A stretch of 63,716 nt of DNA, filler included, from Thraustochytrium aureum (GCA_012862495.1; 8 parts of 5 records of this genome joined end to end with filler, not necessarily neighbours in it); one strand, 5' to 3'; counted from the first letter of the whole stretch, positions 11,679-22,896 are shown. Notes: a model not told the origin generated them from the letters alone. Numbers and translations are program-made.

Positions 11679-11748
11679 TTGAGACTCCATTTGGGTGGGT
11701 TGCAAGTACTACTTGTGAGGTGCCACCGTGACTGACCTCAAAAGCAAA
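11679..11748 (+). other. Bipartite conserved non-coding element, copy 1
   Basis: TTGAGACTCCATTTGGGTGGGTTG-N31-GACCTCAAAAGCAAA; matches the reverse complement of 25195-25256. Confidence 0.8.
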
Positions 11749-11911
11749 CCTATGATTGCATGGGTCTGTGTCTTTTCCAGCGCGCAGCCGCAGTGACGGC
11801 GCGAGACGCCCCATGGGCGTCTGTGTGGCAGTGCCATTTCGTTCAACTTAGTTGGTTGTCGGTACTAGTAGTGGCATGACACACAAAGCCACGTGTAGCT
11901 GGCATCGCTAC

Positions 11912-12961
11912 TCAGCTTACGACGTACTCGTGACGGCAACAGGTCTCTGACCCACGACCGATGACTGTGCTGACATGTCGAGCGCGACGCTGCCGAGCTC
12001 GGTCTTGATGTACCTTGCGCTGCGACTGCAGCGAGCAGGCCGATTCCGTGTGGCCTGTTCCACCGCAAGCTGCACACTCGGCGCTGGCGCGCTCCATGCA
12101 CTGCTTTACCAAGTGGTTCGCGCGGCCGCATCGATAGCACGACTTGGCCTGCGCCGAGTGACCACGGGCCTCGTACTGCAGGAAGAAATCGAACGCTTGC
12201 TCGAGGGTTGGAGGTGCTTGATCCGAACAATAAAGCGAGTCGATCCGACTTCGGGCCGTGCGATCCACGCGTTGGAGCTCGCGAGCCACACTTTCGAGGA
12301 AGGCCGCTGCGAGTTTACGTCCGCTATGCTCGTCCACCATGTCGCCCGGAAGGGACCTCTCTGCAAGCTGGCGCCAAATTGCCACGTATTCTGCATACGT
12401 TTGGGTTCGCTTGTACCTGAGGTACACCAGACTGACGAAGGTCCGCGCTTGGTCCCGTAGCGCGGCTTTGCGCGAGCGTTCTGCAAGATCAAGGTACCAC
12501 TTTATAGGGCAGGCGCTTGGCGACATACTGAGCTCGAAATCCGACCGTGCACCCGCACCGGCATGAACCACAGAGGAGAAAATGCGGTGCAAAAGGAACG
12601 CAATCAAAGGCGGACAGGCCGCCAGGGAGCCCGCATCTGGGATCTCGCCGTCCTCGCCGAGGAAACCAGAGATGTCCTCGTAGCTTACGTCGTACTTTCC
12701 CAACACATCGACGAGAAGTCGTTTGACCTTTCGCTGAAAATCGAAGAATTTTCCAAGGCCCTCGTACACGATGCCCGGGGCCTTCGAATCGATTTCATTG
12801 GAGAGGGTGAAGCAGATTTCGGCCGGCGGCGTGAAGATCTCGATGCGGCTATTGTTTCCGCTGCCGCCCGTCTCGCTCGCGTTCGCGAGACCTGCCTGAC
12901 GCACCATCACAATCGTCTCGTCAAAGGTTGCTGTGTCGGAGCTGGTTCGGGAGCCCTGCAT
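11912..12961 (-). mobile_element. Solo Ty1/copia-type gag ORF (349 aa) with two CCHC zinc knuckles; no pol
   Basis: Knuckles CYRCGRANHLVKQC and CAACGGTGHTESAC (both CX2CX4HX4C). Capsid-like helices LVYLRYKRTQTYAEYVAIWRQL and PTLEQAFDFFLQYEAR resemble copia gag. Confidence 0.75.
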
Positions 12962-13422
12962 CCTCCTTCCTCGCGGGTTTACTGCCAAAGTGGGCGTCTC
13001 TTGGCGGTGGTCCTCGTAAAACCAATAGATGGTGGGCTGCCGAGTCAGATGGTCGTGGCGCGTGTTCGCGGCGACGACGACTTGCTGTGCCGGCTGCCTA
13101 TCAGCGCGCTCTGCTACTCGCTCTGTAGCTAGCTAGAGTCTTGTCGACCTCCAGCGCCAGGACTCCAATCCTCGTTGTGCGATTGCTCGAGTCCAGCAGC
13201 GCACCACGCCGTCTCAACGGCTCTACGAAACGAAAATGGCCAAGGTGGCGACGTCACAGTAGGGTGTCCCGTGACGAGAGAATCCGTGTGCAGCGGGCAT
13301 GCGGCGGACCTCCAAGCGAGTTTATCGGAACGAGCCCACCGAAACCGCCCGTCAACTGGGTGGGCCTTGCGAAAACGGACGGAAAACCTGAACTGCACTG
13401 TGTTTGCGAACAGCGGAGAAAT

Positions 13423-13984
13423 CTAAATTGGCGGCAGCTTGAAAAGCGGCGAGAGGCTCTCCTTCTCGCAGATCCGACGCACCGTCTCCGCAAGCAGAGG
13501 AGCCACGGAGATCCACTCGATCTTGCTGGCCATAGGGGAGGTCCACGGCGCACGACACCGTGTTACTCACCAAGACCTTGTCGATGAGCGACTCGTTGAT
13601 GAGCTCGAGCGCTCTTTCGCTGAAGATGCCGTGTGTCGCAAACACAAACACACGCTTGGCGCCGTTCTCCTTGAGCGCAGCCGCTGCGTCGCAGAGGCCC
13701 TCGGCACTGTCTATGATGTCTTGCACAATTATGGCATCGCTTCCCTGAATAGCATCATCGCCAACCACCTCGTACTCGTTCGACCCCGCACCTGATGGGT
13801 CTGCCGAGAGCGGGGAGCTCTTGAGCTTGCGCTGCGCATCGCCAAGCGCGGGCTTGCGGAGCACCATTGCAAAGCGCGCTTCGGGAAACCCGCGCTGAAG
13901 CAGCACATTCCAAAAGTCTTTCGTGCGGGGCACTGCCGTCGCGTTGGGAGCCACAACGACGAGGTTGCTTTCGCTAAGCCCCGC
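13423..13984 (-). CDS. PRS: Ribose-phosphate pyrophosphokinase (PRPP synthetase) family, C-terminal half; 5' part in N gap; frameshift near 13537
   Basis: AIIVQDIIDSAEGL, LKENGAKRVFVFATHGIFS, VLVSNTV; the shifted frame gives KIEWISVAPLLAETVRRICEKESLSPLF. Confidence 0.88.
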
Positions 13985-14970
13985 NNNNNNNNNNNNNNNN
14001 NNNNNNNNNNNNNNNNNNNNNNNNNNNNNNNNNNNNNNNNNNNNNNNNNNNNNNNNNNNNNNNNNNNNNNNNNNNNNNNNNNNNNNNNNNNNNNNNNNNN
14101 NNNNNNNNNNNNNNNNNNNNNNNNNNNNNNNNNNNNNNNNNNNNNNNNNNNNNNNNNNNNNNNNNNNNNNNNNNNNNNNNNNNNNNNNNNNNNNNNNNNN
14201 NNNNNNNNNNNNNNNNNNNNNNNNNNNNNNNNNNNNNNNNNNNNNNNNNNNNNNNNNNNNNNNNNNNNNNNNNNNNNNNNNNNNNNNNNNNNNNNNNNNN
14301 NNNNNNNNNNNNNNNNNNNNNNNNNNNNNNNNNNNNNNNNNNNNNNNNNNNNNNNNNNNNNNNNNNNNNNNNNNNNNNNNNNNNNNNNNNNNNNNNNNNN
14401 NNNNNNNNNNNNNNNNNNNNNNNNNNNNNNNNNNNNNNNNNNNNNNNNNNNNNNNNNNNNNNNNNNNNNNNNNNNNNNNNNNNNNNNNNNNNNNNNNNNN
14501 NNNNNNNNNNNNNNNNNNNNNNNNNNNNNNNNNNNNNNNNNNNNNNNNNNNNNNNNNNNNNNNNNNNNNNNNNNNNNNNNNNNNNNNNNNNNNNNNNNNN
14601 NNNNNNNNNNNNNNNNNNNNNNNNNNNNNNNNNNNNNNNNNNNNNNNNNNNNNNNNNNNNNNNNNNNNNNNNNNNNNNNNNNNNNNNNNNNNNNNNNNNN
14701 NNNNNNNNNNNNNNNNNNNNNNNNNNNNNNNNNNNNNNNNNNNNNNNNNNNNNNNNNNNNNNNNNNNNNNNNNNNNNNNNNNNNNNNNNNNNNNNNNNNN
14801 NNNNNNNNNNNNNNNNNNNNNNNNNNNNNNNNNNNNNNNNNNNNNNNNNNNNNNNNNNNNNNNNNNNNNNNNNNNNNNNNNNNNNNNNNNNNNNNNNNNN
14901 NNCAACTCGAACGATGTGCGGGACAGCGCCAACCGAGGCCATCGCCCGCCCGCCCGTTCGCTGCGTGCGT

Positions 14971-15008
14971 GCTTTCGTGCCTGCTTTCGTGCCTGCTTTC
15001 GTGCCTGC
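14971..15008. repeat. 12-nt tandem repeat (GCTTTCGTGCCT) x3
   Basis: Read directly. Confidence 0.85.
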
Positions 15009-15569
15009 ACGGACCGCCCGCGGCATGTTGCGTCTTGTGCGATGTGCTGCAGCTCGAGCTTGAGACGGCGCAAGAGGGGTTCATGTCGTGCACGACGACC
15101 GGCCCTGCGGCGATCATTGGGAGCCGCATTGGCTCTGCAGACGGTTGGTTCGGCCTGGTATGGCCTAGAGTACACTGGGTTTCTGAAGACGCTCTAGCCA
15201 GGCGCGTGTGTGGTTTGTTCTCGAGGTGGATCAAGGGGTGCGGAACGCTGCGGACCTCGGCTTCCGTCGTTTGATCAAGATGCGGATCGACCAAGATGCG
15301 CTGCGCTCTCGAGAATCGCGCGCGCAGCCGTTCCCAACCACGCGGCTATCGCGGCAGCGCGACACAAAGGCGGCGTTTCGCTCAGCAGCCTCAGCAAACA
15401 AAAATGGAAAATGCCCGGCCAACACCTGTGCTCTGCGCTTCGAATGGAAGGCCGCGCCCAATAGAACATAGGTTCATCAACTCTTCTCTGTCTCTGCTAT
15501 ACTCTCCGCCTCGTGGTTGGACAGCGTCTGCAAAGCCAGCCAGAGCTCGAGCGCTGCCGTGACCTTTGT

Positions 15570-15746
15570 CTACGACTTCGCCGCAGCGTCCGCCTTCTCC
15601 TTGGCAGCGGCATTCCACCTCTCTTGCTCCTCCTTGGTAAACGCCGGCTGCGTCGCTTGCACGCGGTCGTAGTACGTCCACGCAGCGAAGAGCCCGCCCG
15701 CGACGACCCAGGCAGCAGCATTCACCGGCTTGACCTTGAACGCCAT
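15570..15746 (-). CDS. 58-aa single-pass membrane microprotein
   Basis: GCCGCCATGG start context; MAFKVKPVNAAAWVVAGGLFAAWTYYDRVQATQPAFTKEEQERWNAAAKEKADAAAKS*; strong codon bias. Confidence 0.65.
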   Translation of the reverse strand: MAFKVKPVNAAAWVVAGGLFAAWTYYDRVQATQPAFTKEEQERWNAAAKEKADAAAKS

Positions 15747-15885
15747 GGCGGCCACAATGCCAAGCCCAGCCGCCGGCCAACACCAGCAGCGCCCACAGAC
15801 AGCCCTCACAGGCGACAGGCAGTCCGCGCAGCAGGCGAGTAGTCCCCGCGTGCGTTCGTGCGTGCGCTCCGTCCGCGACAGCGAG

Positions 15886-15985
15886 NNNNNNNNNNNNNNN
15901 NNNNNNNNNNNNNNNNNNNNNNNNNNNNNTTAATTAATTAANNNNNNNNNNNNNNNNNNNNNNNNNNNNNNNNNNNNNNNNNNNN
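15886..15985. other. Artificial scaffold spacer
   Basis: TTAATTAATTAA at 15930-15941 flanked by 44 N. Confidence 0.97.
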
Positions 15986-16203
15986 TTGATGCCTTGCTCC
16001 GTAGAAAAGAAACGATTCATCGGGAAAGAATTCTCTCTCTTTTGGTTGTTCGATTGCCGTAACCCCGGTCGCGTTGGCCCCCCAACCGCGCTGCTGGGCG
16101 TCCTTGCGCCTGCGAGCCGCAGGCGCTGTGCCATGGACGGCAGGCACGTCCCATACCAGGCTCGCCTCCATTGCTAGTGTGACAGGCCGACGGTCGGGCC
16201 TCT

Positions 16204-18246
16204 CTATCCGCGCTTTCGAGTGAGGTCAAACTTGATGATCCAGTACCCAGCGCAGGTGATCCCCACTGCGTACGCGAGCATGATGAGCACATAGTCACTG
16301 ACCTTGTGCGTGTCCGGGTCGAGGCCAAAGTAGTTGCGCAACACATCGTCCCCGTGGACCTTGACGTCGATGCCCCACACCGACAAATCAAAGTCGAGAC
16401 CCGCAAGCTGGTTGAGCTGCATCCCGTTGAGCGCAAACTGGAAGAACGAAATGTGGTAGAAGATCTTGAACACCTGGTGCATGTCCTTGAGCGGGATCAC
16501 GTACCCGCTGAAGAGGACGAGCGGGGCCAGCGTGGGCATGAGCTTGTTTTGCGCCTCGACGAGGTCCTTGGACGTGGCCCCCACGATCACGCCGAGCGCG
16601 TTGCCGATGCAGGTCATAAAGACGACGATGAGCAAAAAGTAGACAAACTTTTCCGCCGAGAGCTGCAGTTCGACCATGAGGTAAATCGGCACAGTCATCG
16701 TCAGCGCATAGAGGACCGAGAGGAGGCCCATGCTGAGCATGAGCGCAGGGTAAAAGGCCAGGAGGGAGTAGCTCCCGTTCTTGTACTCGCGGATCAGCAG
16801 GCTGCGCTGCGTGGGGAAAACAATGATGGTCATCGCGAGCGTGTCGATGCACGAGTTCATCAGGATGCAAAACATCGCTCCTTCGATCGGAAACAGCTTT
16901 TGCAGACGCGGCGGGCTCGCGGCATGCCACCACACCACGCCGATCAGCACGCCCACGGCCGCTTTGAGGGCGATTGTGCGAAGAAACTTGTTTGGGTCCT
17001 TGAGCGCGTCGTACGTGGACCTGCGAAGCAGAGTCCAGAACTGGCGCCGGGTGGAGACCGGGTACTTTGGTACATTCTCGAGTCGCTTCTGCTGCTCGCG
17101 CATCGCCGTGCTCAGTGCAGAGTGAGCCGCGGCGCCGCCCGCCAGCTCGTCGTAGCCGGCATCGCCCGCGCTGGCTCCGCTCAAGCGCGAAAAGAGGGCG
17201 CGGCAAGGCTTTAGAGCCCACGAGCACCGCGAGCTGCCCCTGTAAGCGGCACCATCGCTGCGATCGCGGTCGTCGTCCTCAAAGGTGGTGGCAGAGCAGG
17301 CCTCGGCATCTGGCTCGGTCGAGTGCGACCCATCCGACGTGTCTTCGAGGCGCGCGGCCTTTTCGGCTTGCGCGTGCGCAGCCCAGAGCAACGGCGCGGC
17401 TTCCTCGTCCTGGAGCATGCGCATGTAGTGGTCGGCGGGATTCTCCTTGGGCGGCGTGCTCATGCCGAGCCCCTCAAAGAGGTCTTCGAGCCCCTGGTGC
17501 CCGCCCTGGTACGCGACGCGGCCCTTGGTGAGCAGCACCACCTTGTCGAAGAGGCTGAAAATGCGGTAGCTTGGTTGGTGGATGGTCGTGATGATCGTGC
17601 GCTGGTAACCGGCTGCATTGTTGCCGTGTGCCAGGTCGCGGAGGATCTGCACGACGTCCTCCGCCGTCTTTGAATCGAGCCCGCTCGTGGGCTCGTCCAC
17701 AAAGAGGCAAGCCGGGTTGCTCAACAGGTCCATCCCTATGGAGACGCGCTTGCGTTGGCCGCCGCTGATCCCGCGTTCCTCCACGTTTCCAATGCGCACA
17801 TCGAGGCAGCTGGCCAGGTTGAGTTCGTTGAGCACTTTGGCGATCCGCGCGTCCTTTTCCTCCCGCGTCATCGACTCGGGCAGGACGAGCTCGGATTGGT
17901 AGAAAAACGTCTCGCGCACGGTGAACGAGGTGAGCAGCACGTCTTCCTGTGGGATCAGCTTGGAGACGGACTTGAAGTCCTTGGGCGGGCCCTCCATTCC
18001 GTTGACGCGGATCGAGCCCTGCACGCGCCCGCTCGCGTTCCCCAGTAAGCAGCTCAAAAGCGTCGTCTTCCCGGCCCCGGAGGGGCCCATCATGCACGCC
18101 AGCTCGCCCGGCTCGAACCGCACGGAGACGTCGTGCAGGATTTGCTTGGGGTCTTTGGCAGGCCCGACAAAGTAGTCGAGCTTGCGCGTCTCCACTGTCA
18201 CGCGCACCTGGTCGTCAATCGATGTCCTCGACAGGCTCGAGCTCAT
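16204..18246 (-). CDS. ABCG (White-type) half transporter, NBD-TMD
   Basis: Walker A GPSGAGKTT, signature ISGGQRKRVSIG, Walker B FVDEPTSGLDS, TTIHQP, NPAD, and REYKNGSY in the 6-TM ABC2 membrane domain. Confidence 0.95.
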   Translation of the reverse strand: MSSSLSRTSIDDQVRVTVETRKLDYFVGPAKDPKQILHDVSVRFEPGELACMMGPSGAGKTTLLSCLLGNASGRVQGSIRVNGMEGPPKDFKSVSKLIPQEDVLLTSFTVRETFFYQSELVLPESMTREEKDARIAKVLNELNLASCLDVRIGNVEERGISGGQRKRVSIGMDLLSNPACLFVDEPTSGLDSKTAEDVVQILRDLAHGNNAAGYQRTIITTIHQPSYRIFSLFDKVVLLTKGRVAYQGGHQGLEDLFEGLGMSTPPKENPADHYMRMLQDEEAAPLLWAAHAQAEKAARLEDTSDGSHSTEPDAEACSATTFEDDDRDRSDGAAYRGSSRCSWALKPCRALFSRLSGASAGDAGYDELAGGAAAHSALSTAMREQQKRLENVPKYPVSTRRQFWTLLRRSTYDALKDPNKFLRTIALKAAVGVLIGVVWWHAASPPRLQKLFPIEGAMFCILMNSCIDTLAMTIIVFPTQRSLLIREYKNGSYSLLAFYPALMLSMGLLSVLYALTMTVPIYLMVELQLSAEKFVYFLLIVVFMTCIGNALGVIVGATSKDLVEAQNKLMPTLAPLVLFSGYVIPLKDMHQVFKIFYHISFFQFALNGMQLNQLAGLDFDLSVWGIDVKVHGDDVLRNYFGLDPDTHKVSDYVLIMLAYAVGITCAGYWIIKFDLTRKRG

Positions 18247-20060
18247 TCTCCGCTCCACGCGCGTGTGCCCGACATCCTGGTGTAGAAGCCCGGCTCCAGT
18301 GCGCCGCCGTCGTGCTCCATTCCCACACTGCTCAAGCAACAACTCGTCGGCCAGAACCAAATCCCACAACAGCCGCACGGCACCGTCANNNNNNNNNNNN
18401 NNNNNNNNNNNNNNNNNNNNNNNNNNNNNNNNNNNNNNNNNNNNNNNNNNNNNNNNNNNNNNNNNNNNNNNNNNNNNNNNNNNNNNNNNNNNNNNNNNNN
18501 NNNNNNNNNNNNNNNNNNNNNNNNNNNNNNNNNNNNNNNNNNNNNNNNNNNNNNNNNNNNNNNNNNNNNNNNNNNNNNNNNNNNNNNNNNNNNNNNNNNN
18601 NNNNNNNNNNNNNNNNNNNNNNNNNNNNNNNNNNNNNNNNNNNNNNNNNNNNNNNNNNNNNNNNNNNNNNNNNNNNNNNNNNNNNNNNNNNNNNNNNNNN
18701 NNNNNNNNNNNNNNNNNNNNNNNNNNNNNNNNNNNNNNNNNNNNNNNNNNNNNNNNNNNNNNNNNNNNNNNNNNNNNNNNNNNNNNNGTGCGTGCGAGCA
18801 AGGCAAAAAAAGTTGAAAAACAGCAGCGGCGGCGGCCAGGAGACGGCCAGGGCCCATGCAATCGGCCGGAGATCGCACCACAGGAAGCAGGGTCAGGTCA
18901 GCGAGGAGGCAGCAGCGCCTCCCAACTCGAGTCCCAGCTCGCCTCCCTCCGAGTCGGCACCGCCGCGGCCGATCGCGGAGCCGGCCGCAATCCGCTCCTG
19001 CATTGCGCACTTGCGCGCGAGCCCCAGCGCACAAAGGAGCACTTCCTCGAGCGCGCCGCTCGCGCACAACGAATCGTTCCTCTGCCACCAGGATCCAGCG
19101 GACCGTCGCACGCCGCGTCTCGTACAACGGACCGCTCTGCGTCTGCCTGTGCACCTACGAACAGACTCGGCGTGCGCGCGCTGAATCGTGGACCGCAGAG
19201 CGCTCGCTGCTCTGCGGTGCACAACATGGATGCCCGCCGGCTCTCAAGGCCTTACTTACTTGCTGCAAGCACCAGCACAATGGCCTGTTGCGAGGGAGCG
19301 AACCTGAACGACAGCGCACCTGACAAGCAGCAGCGGAAGTACCGGCAGGGGCGCAACGGGGCCTCTGTCTGTCGGTCAACCACGCGCCGCTGTCGTGTCG
19401 CCGTTCAAGGCGCGAGGAGACAGCGAACGGCATACCCCTCATGGACGCACGTGGCGATCGTACTGTACGTTGCCGCGCAATATCGCTCTTCGTGTAAAAA
19501 TATAATACGTTGTATTCTCATCCATATTTTTCCCGGAAGAAGGAGAAGACGAGGCGGAAGAAGCAGGGGACAGCGCGAGCGCGACACCAGAGGACACCAG
19601 AGGACACCAGACACGCAAGGGAGCGCGCGGGCGGGCGGCGGGCGAGCGGGCGGGCGGCGTGGCGGAGGACACGGGGCGCGCACGCAGTGGTATTGGAGGG
19701 AGGAGTGGGGCGGCCCTGCGCGCAAGAGCTGCGGCGGGAACGTCCGAGTTTGGCAGCGAGTGGAGCCGACAATCCGCGGGAGCCAGGTCGATTCCCTGTG
19801 CGCAACACACGGCAAGGTACTCTACTTTGTACTTGAGCCGGCTGGCGCGCGCACGGCTGCAGAGCGCGCAGCGGTCGCACAGCGGCCGCGCAGACCAGCA
19901 TTGCAAAGCCATGTCGGGCAAGCGCTCGGGCTTGCGTGAAAGGACAACCCGAAGGTGCGAGAAAACCGAGGGCTGCTCTGTGGTTCGAAGAGACAGACCT
20001 GGCCGGCGCGGCGCCGGCAGCTCGTGCGCCGCGAACGGAGCAGGCGGGGAGGGTATGCAG

Positions 20061-20327
20061 GGCAAGTGCGATGGGACGCGGCGTGCGGGGACTCTCGGGC
20101 GTGGCCTCGCGCTGCCGAGACGGAGGGGCGGGAGGTGCCGTGGAGATCAGCAGCTGTGGTAGTGTTTCTTGCAGCGCTTTCTGCCCTGGCGTCGTGCGTG
20201 CAGGCACTGGAGGCGCAGCAGGTCAGAGAGGTTCCTGTCCAGCGAGAGCTAGTTGATGACTACTCGACTGACGGGTTTCTGCCAACACCAGAGCCTTCTC
20301 CTGCCCCGGTGGCTCGGCCTCCTCCCA
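20061..20327 (+). CDS. Possible 5' end of a secreted protein, truncated by scaffold end; start uncertain
   Basis: Hydrophobic SAAVVVFLAALSALASCVQA followed by Pro-rich PTPEPSPAP; a frameshift is needed to reach an ATG. Confidence 0.35.
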
Positions 20328-20427
20328 NNNNNNNNNNNNNNNNNNNNNNNNNNNNNNNNNNNNNNNNNNNNTTAATTAATTAANNNNNNNNNNNNNNNNN
20401 NNNNNNNNNNNNNNNNNNNNNNNNNNN
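20328..20427. other. Artificial scaffold spacer
   Basis: TTAATTAATTAA at 20372-20383. Confidence 0.97.
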
Positions 20428-21708
20428 GAGGCCAGCCGCGAGCTCGGCGGCGTACTCGGCAACAAAGTGCTCCAGGAACCCGCGCGTGACGTGCGGCATG
20501 GTGAAAACCTGCGCGTGCTCGTCGACAGTCATAAGCTGGTGGCGCATAACCATTGCGTCGCTGGGGCGCGGGAAAACGACGTTGATTCCCTGCACTGCGC
20601 TTTGGACGCCGACCCGGCCCAGTGCAGCACCCAGGTACCTCGCGTTGGCGAGGCAGCGGCGCGCCTCGGCCTTCCAGTCAAACTGCAGGAGGCGGGCGGT
20701 CCAGAGCACAGCGACCTCGCCGGGCCGCGAGCCGGAAATCATGTGGTCGATCATCTGCACGTACTTGATGGAGGCCCCGGAGCTCTCGCGCTGGGCGGCG
20801 AGGAAGAGCCCCCCGATAAAGCCCCCGTACCACTTGTGGCCCGACACGGAGAGCGAGTCGACGTGCTCGCCGAGGCGCAGTTTCGGCGTAGAGTCCACAA
20901 GCGGCCACCAGCCCCCGTTCAGAGCGGCGTCCATGTGGAGGTAGACCTTTGACCGCGGCACGCCGTGAGCTCGAAACGTCGAGTGAATGCCGGGCACGTC
21001 GTCGTTGGCGCCCATAAAGGTCGTGCCCAGCGTGGCAACCACCAGGAACGAGTGGCACTGCATGAAGCGCGCTGCGTCGACGATCTTGTCGAGCTCGTTG
21101 AGGTCCAACTCGCCACGCGCGTTGGGCGGGAGCACCACGCTCATGGACGAGTGCCCCGCGTACTGGCCGAGGAGTAGCGAGGCCGACTTGGAGACGCAGT
21201 AGTGCGCCTGCTCGCACCAGATGACCATTACGCGCTCGCCTTGGCGCGCGCCCTCCAAGAGGCGTGCGAGGCCCATCTGCATGCCCTTGAGGACGCCCTC
21301 CGTTCCGCCCTGCGTGATGTAGCCCCACGCGTTGTCCCTGTCGGCGCCCCACGGCTCCATCAAGGTCCGCAGCAGCTTGCGTTCACTCTCGAGCGTGTTG
21401 CTCTTCCAGGGCTTGACGGCCTCGTCGAAGGGGTCACCGCAGTTGTTGGGGACCGCGTGGCGTGACATGACACTGCGCAGCTCTGCTAGCGCGTCCACCT
21501 GCTTGTTGTTGAGCGGGTACCCGAGCAATGTCTGGCCGTGAAGCGTGTCCCGTTCGACCCTGTCCATAAGGGCTACATAGTCCTTGAACGCTTGGGGTGT
21601 CTTGTGCGTTTTGGGATTGGCCTGGACGGCTTCGTCTTGGACCGGCCCTTCCTCTGCGGGAACCTTGCTCGCCGGTCGCTCCACGGTATGCACGGGCTTG
21701 GTCGTCAT
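20428..21708 (-). CDS. Group II PLP-dependent decarboxylase (bacterial histidine decarboxylase / plant serine decarboxylase type); 3' end at scaffold edge
   Basis: LGYPLN, NNCGDPF, WGYITQGGTEG, AHYCVSK, GTTFMGANDD, YLHMDAALNG, SVSGHKW (PLP lysine), ISGSRPG. Confidence 0.9.
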
Positions 21709-22896
21709 CTTGTGCGCTCTCTGCTCTGACGCCGATGGCAATTGCAAAGGGGGTTGGGTGCCTGCCGCTTGGTCGGTCGGGGTTTTGCCTGTGCAGGTTT
21801 CAGGTGATGCGTGTGCTCAGCAGTCGTTGGTCAAACGCTCGCGCGATTCGGGTCTGCCGCGTCCTTCAAAAAACCAGAGCAGGATGTCGTCGAGTCAATA
21901 CCTACCTACGAGCTTGCGCCGCAGCGGGTCTAACCCAGGTCGACCGGAACGGGGCCCTTGATGAGGAGTTTGAGCTCGGAGGCGCTCGCTCGCCCAAATC
22001 CATTTTCCAGACGGAGTGAGAGTTTTCTCCGCAAGGGAATTCAGCACCTCCACCAGGCCGAACGACTGGATCGCGGCTGGGGGGCTTGCTGGCCGGCCGG
22101 CTGGCTGGCTGTCATTGGATTCGTCGCCGATCGACAGTCGCATGCCAGCGCCCTGCACTCGTTCGACTTGCTTCTGTCTTGTCGTCGGGAGCACGGACTC
22201 GCGCTAGCTAGCTAGCCTGAGGGCAGAGCAGGTGCGTTCTCGAAACCAACGCCTTGCTCGCACGCACCCTCTCGCGACCCGCCTCATCGCCTCGGTGCCC
22301 ACCGGTAAGTGATCGAGCGCGTGGTGAGCAGGTACTTACGCTCTCCTCTGCGCAGCGCAGCCAGCGAGTGGTGGANNNNNNNNNNNNNNNNNNNNNNNNN
22401 NNNNNNNNNNNNNNNNNNNNNNNNNNNNNNNNNNNNNNNNNNNNNNNNNNNNNNNNNNNNNNNNNNNNNNNNNNNNNNNNNNNNNNNNNNNNNNNNNNNN
22501 NNNNNNNNNNNNNNNNNNNNNNNNNNNNNNNNNNNNNNNNNNNNNNNNNNNNNNNNNNNNNNNNNNNNNNNNNNNNNNNNNNNNNNNNNNNNNNNNNNNN
22601 NNNNNNNNNNNNNNNNNNNNNNNNNNNNNNNNNNNNNNNNNNNNNNNNNNNNNNNNNNNNNNNNNNNNNNNNNNNNNNNNNNNNNNNNNNNNNNNNNNNN
22701 NNNNNNNNNNNNNNNNNNNNNNNNNNNNNNNNNNNNNNNNNNNNNNNNNNNNNNNNNNNNNNNNNNNNNNNNNNNNNNNNNNNNNNNNNNNNNNNNNNNN
22801 NNNNNNNNNNNNNNNNNNNNNNNNNNNNNNNNNNNNNNNNNNNNNNNNNNNNNNNNNNNNNNNNNNNNNNNNNNNNNNNNNNNNNNNNNNNNNNNN

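Noticed and set aside
13010..13035. Primer-binding site / LTR end upstream of gag (minus strand ...CCACCATCTATTGGTTTTACGAGG)
   Set aside because: TGG is present, but what follows does not match a tRNA 3' end I recognise, and there is no matching downstream LTR.
12563..13132. Long antisense/overlapping ORFs here and across the window
   Set aside because: Expected shadows of GC-rich coding DNA or run-through of N gaps; no recognisable motifs.
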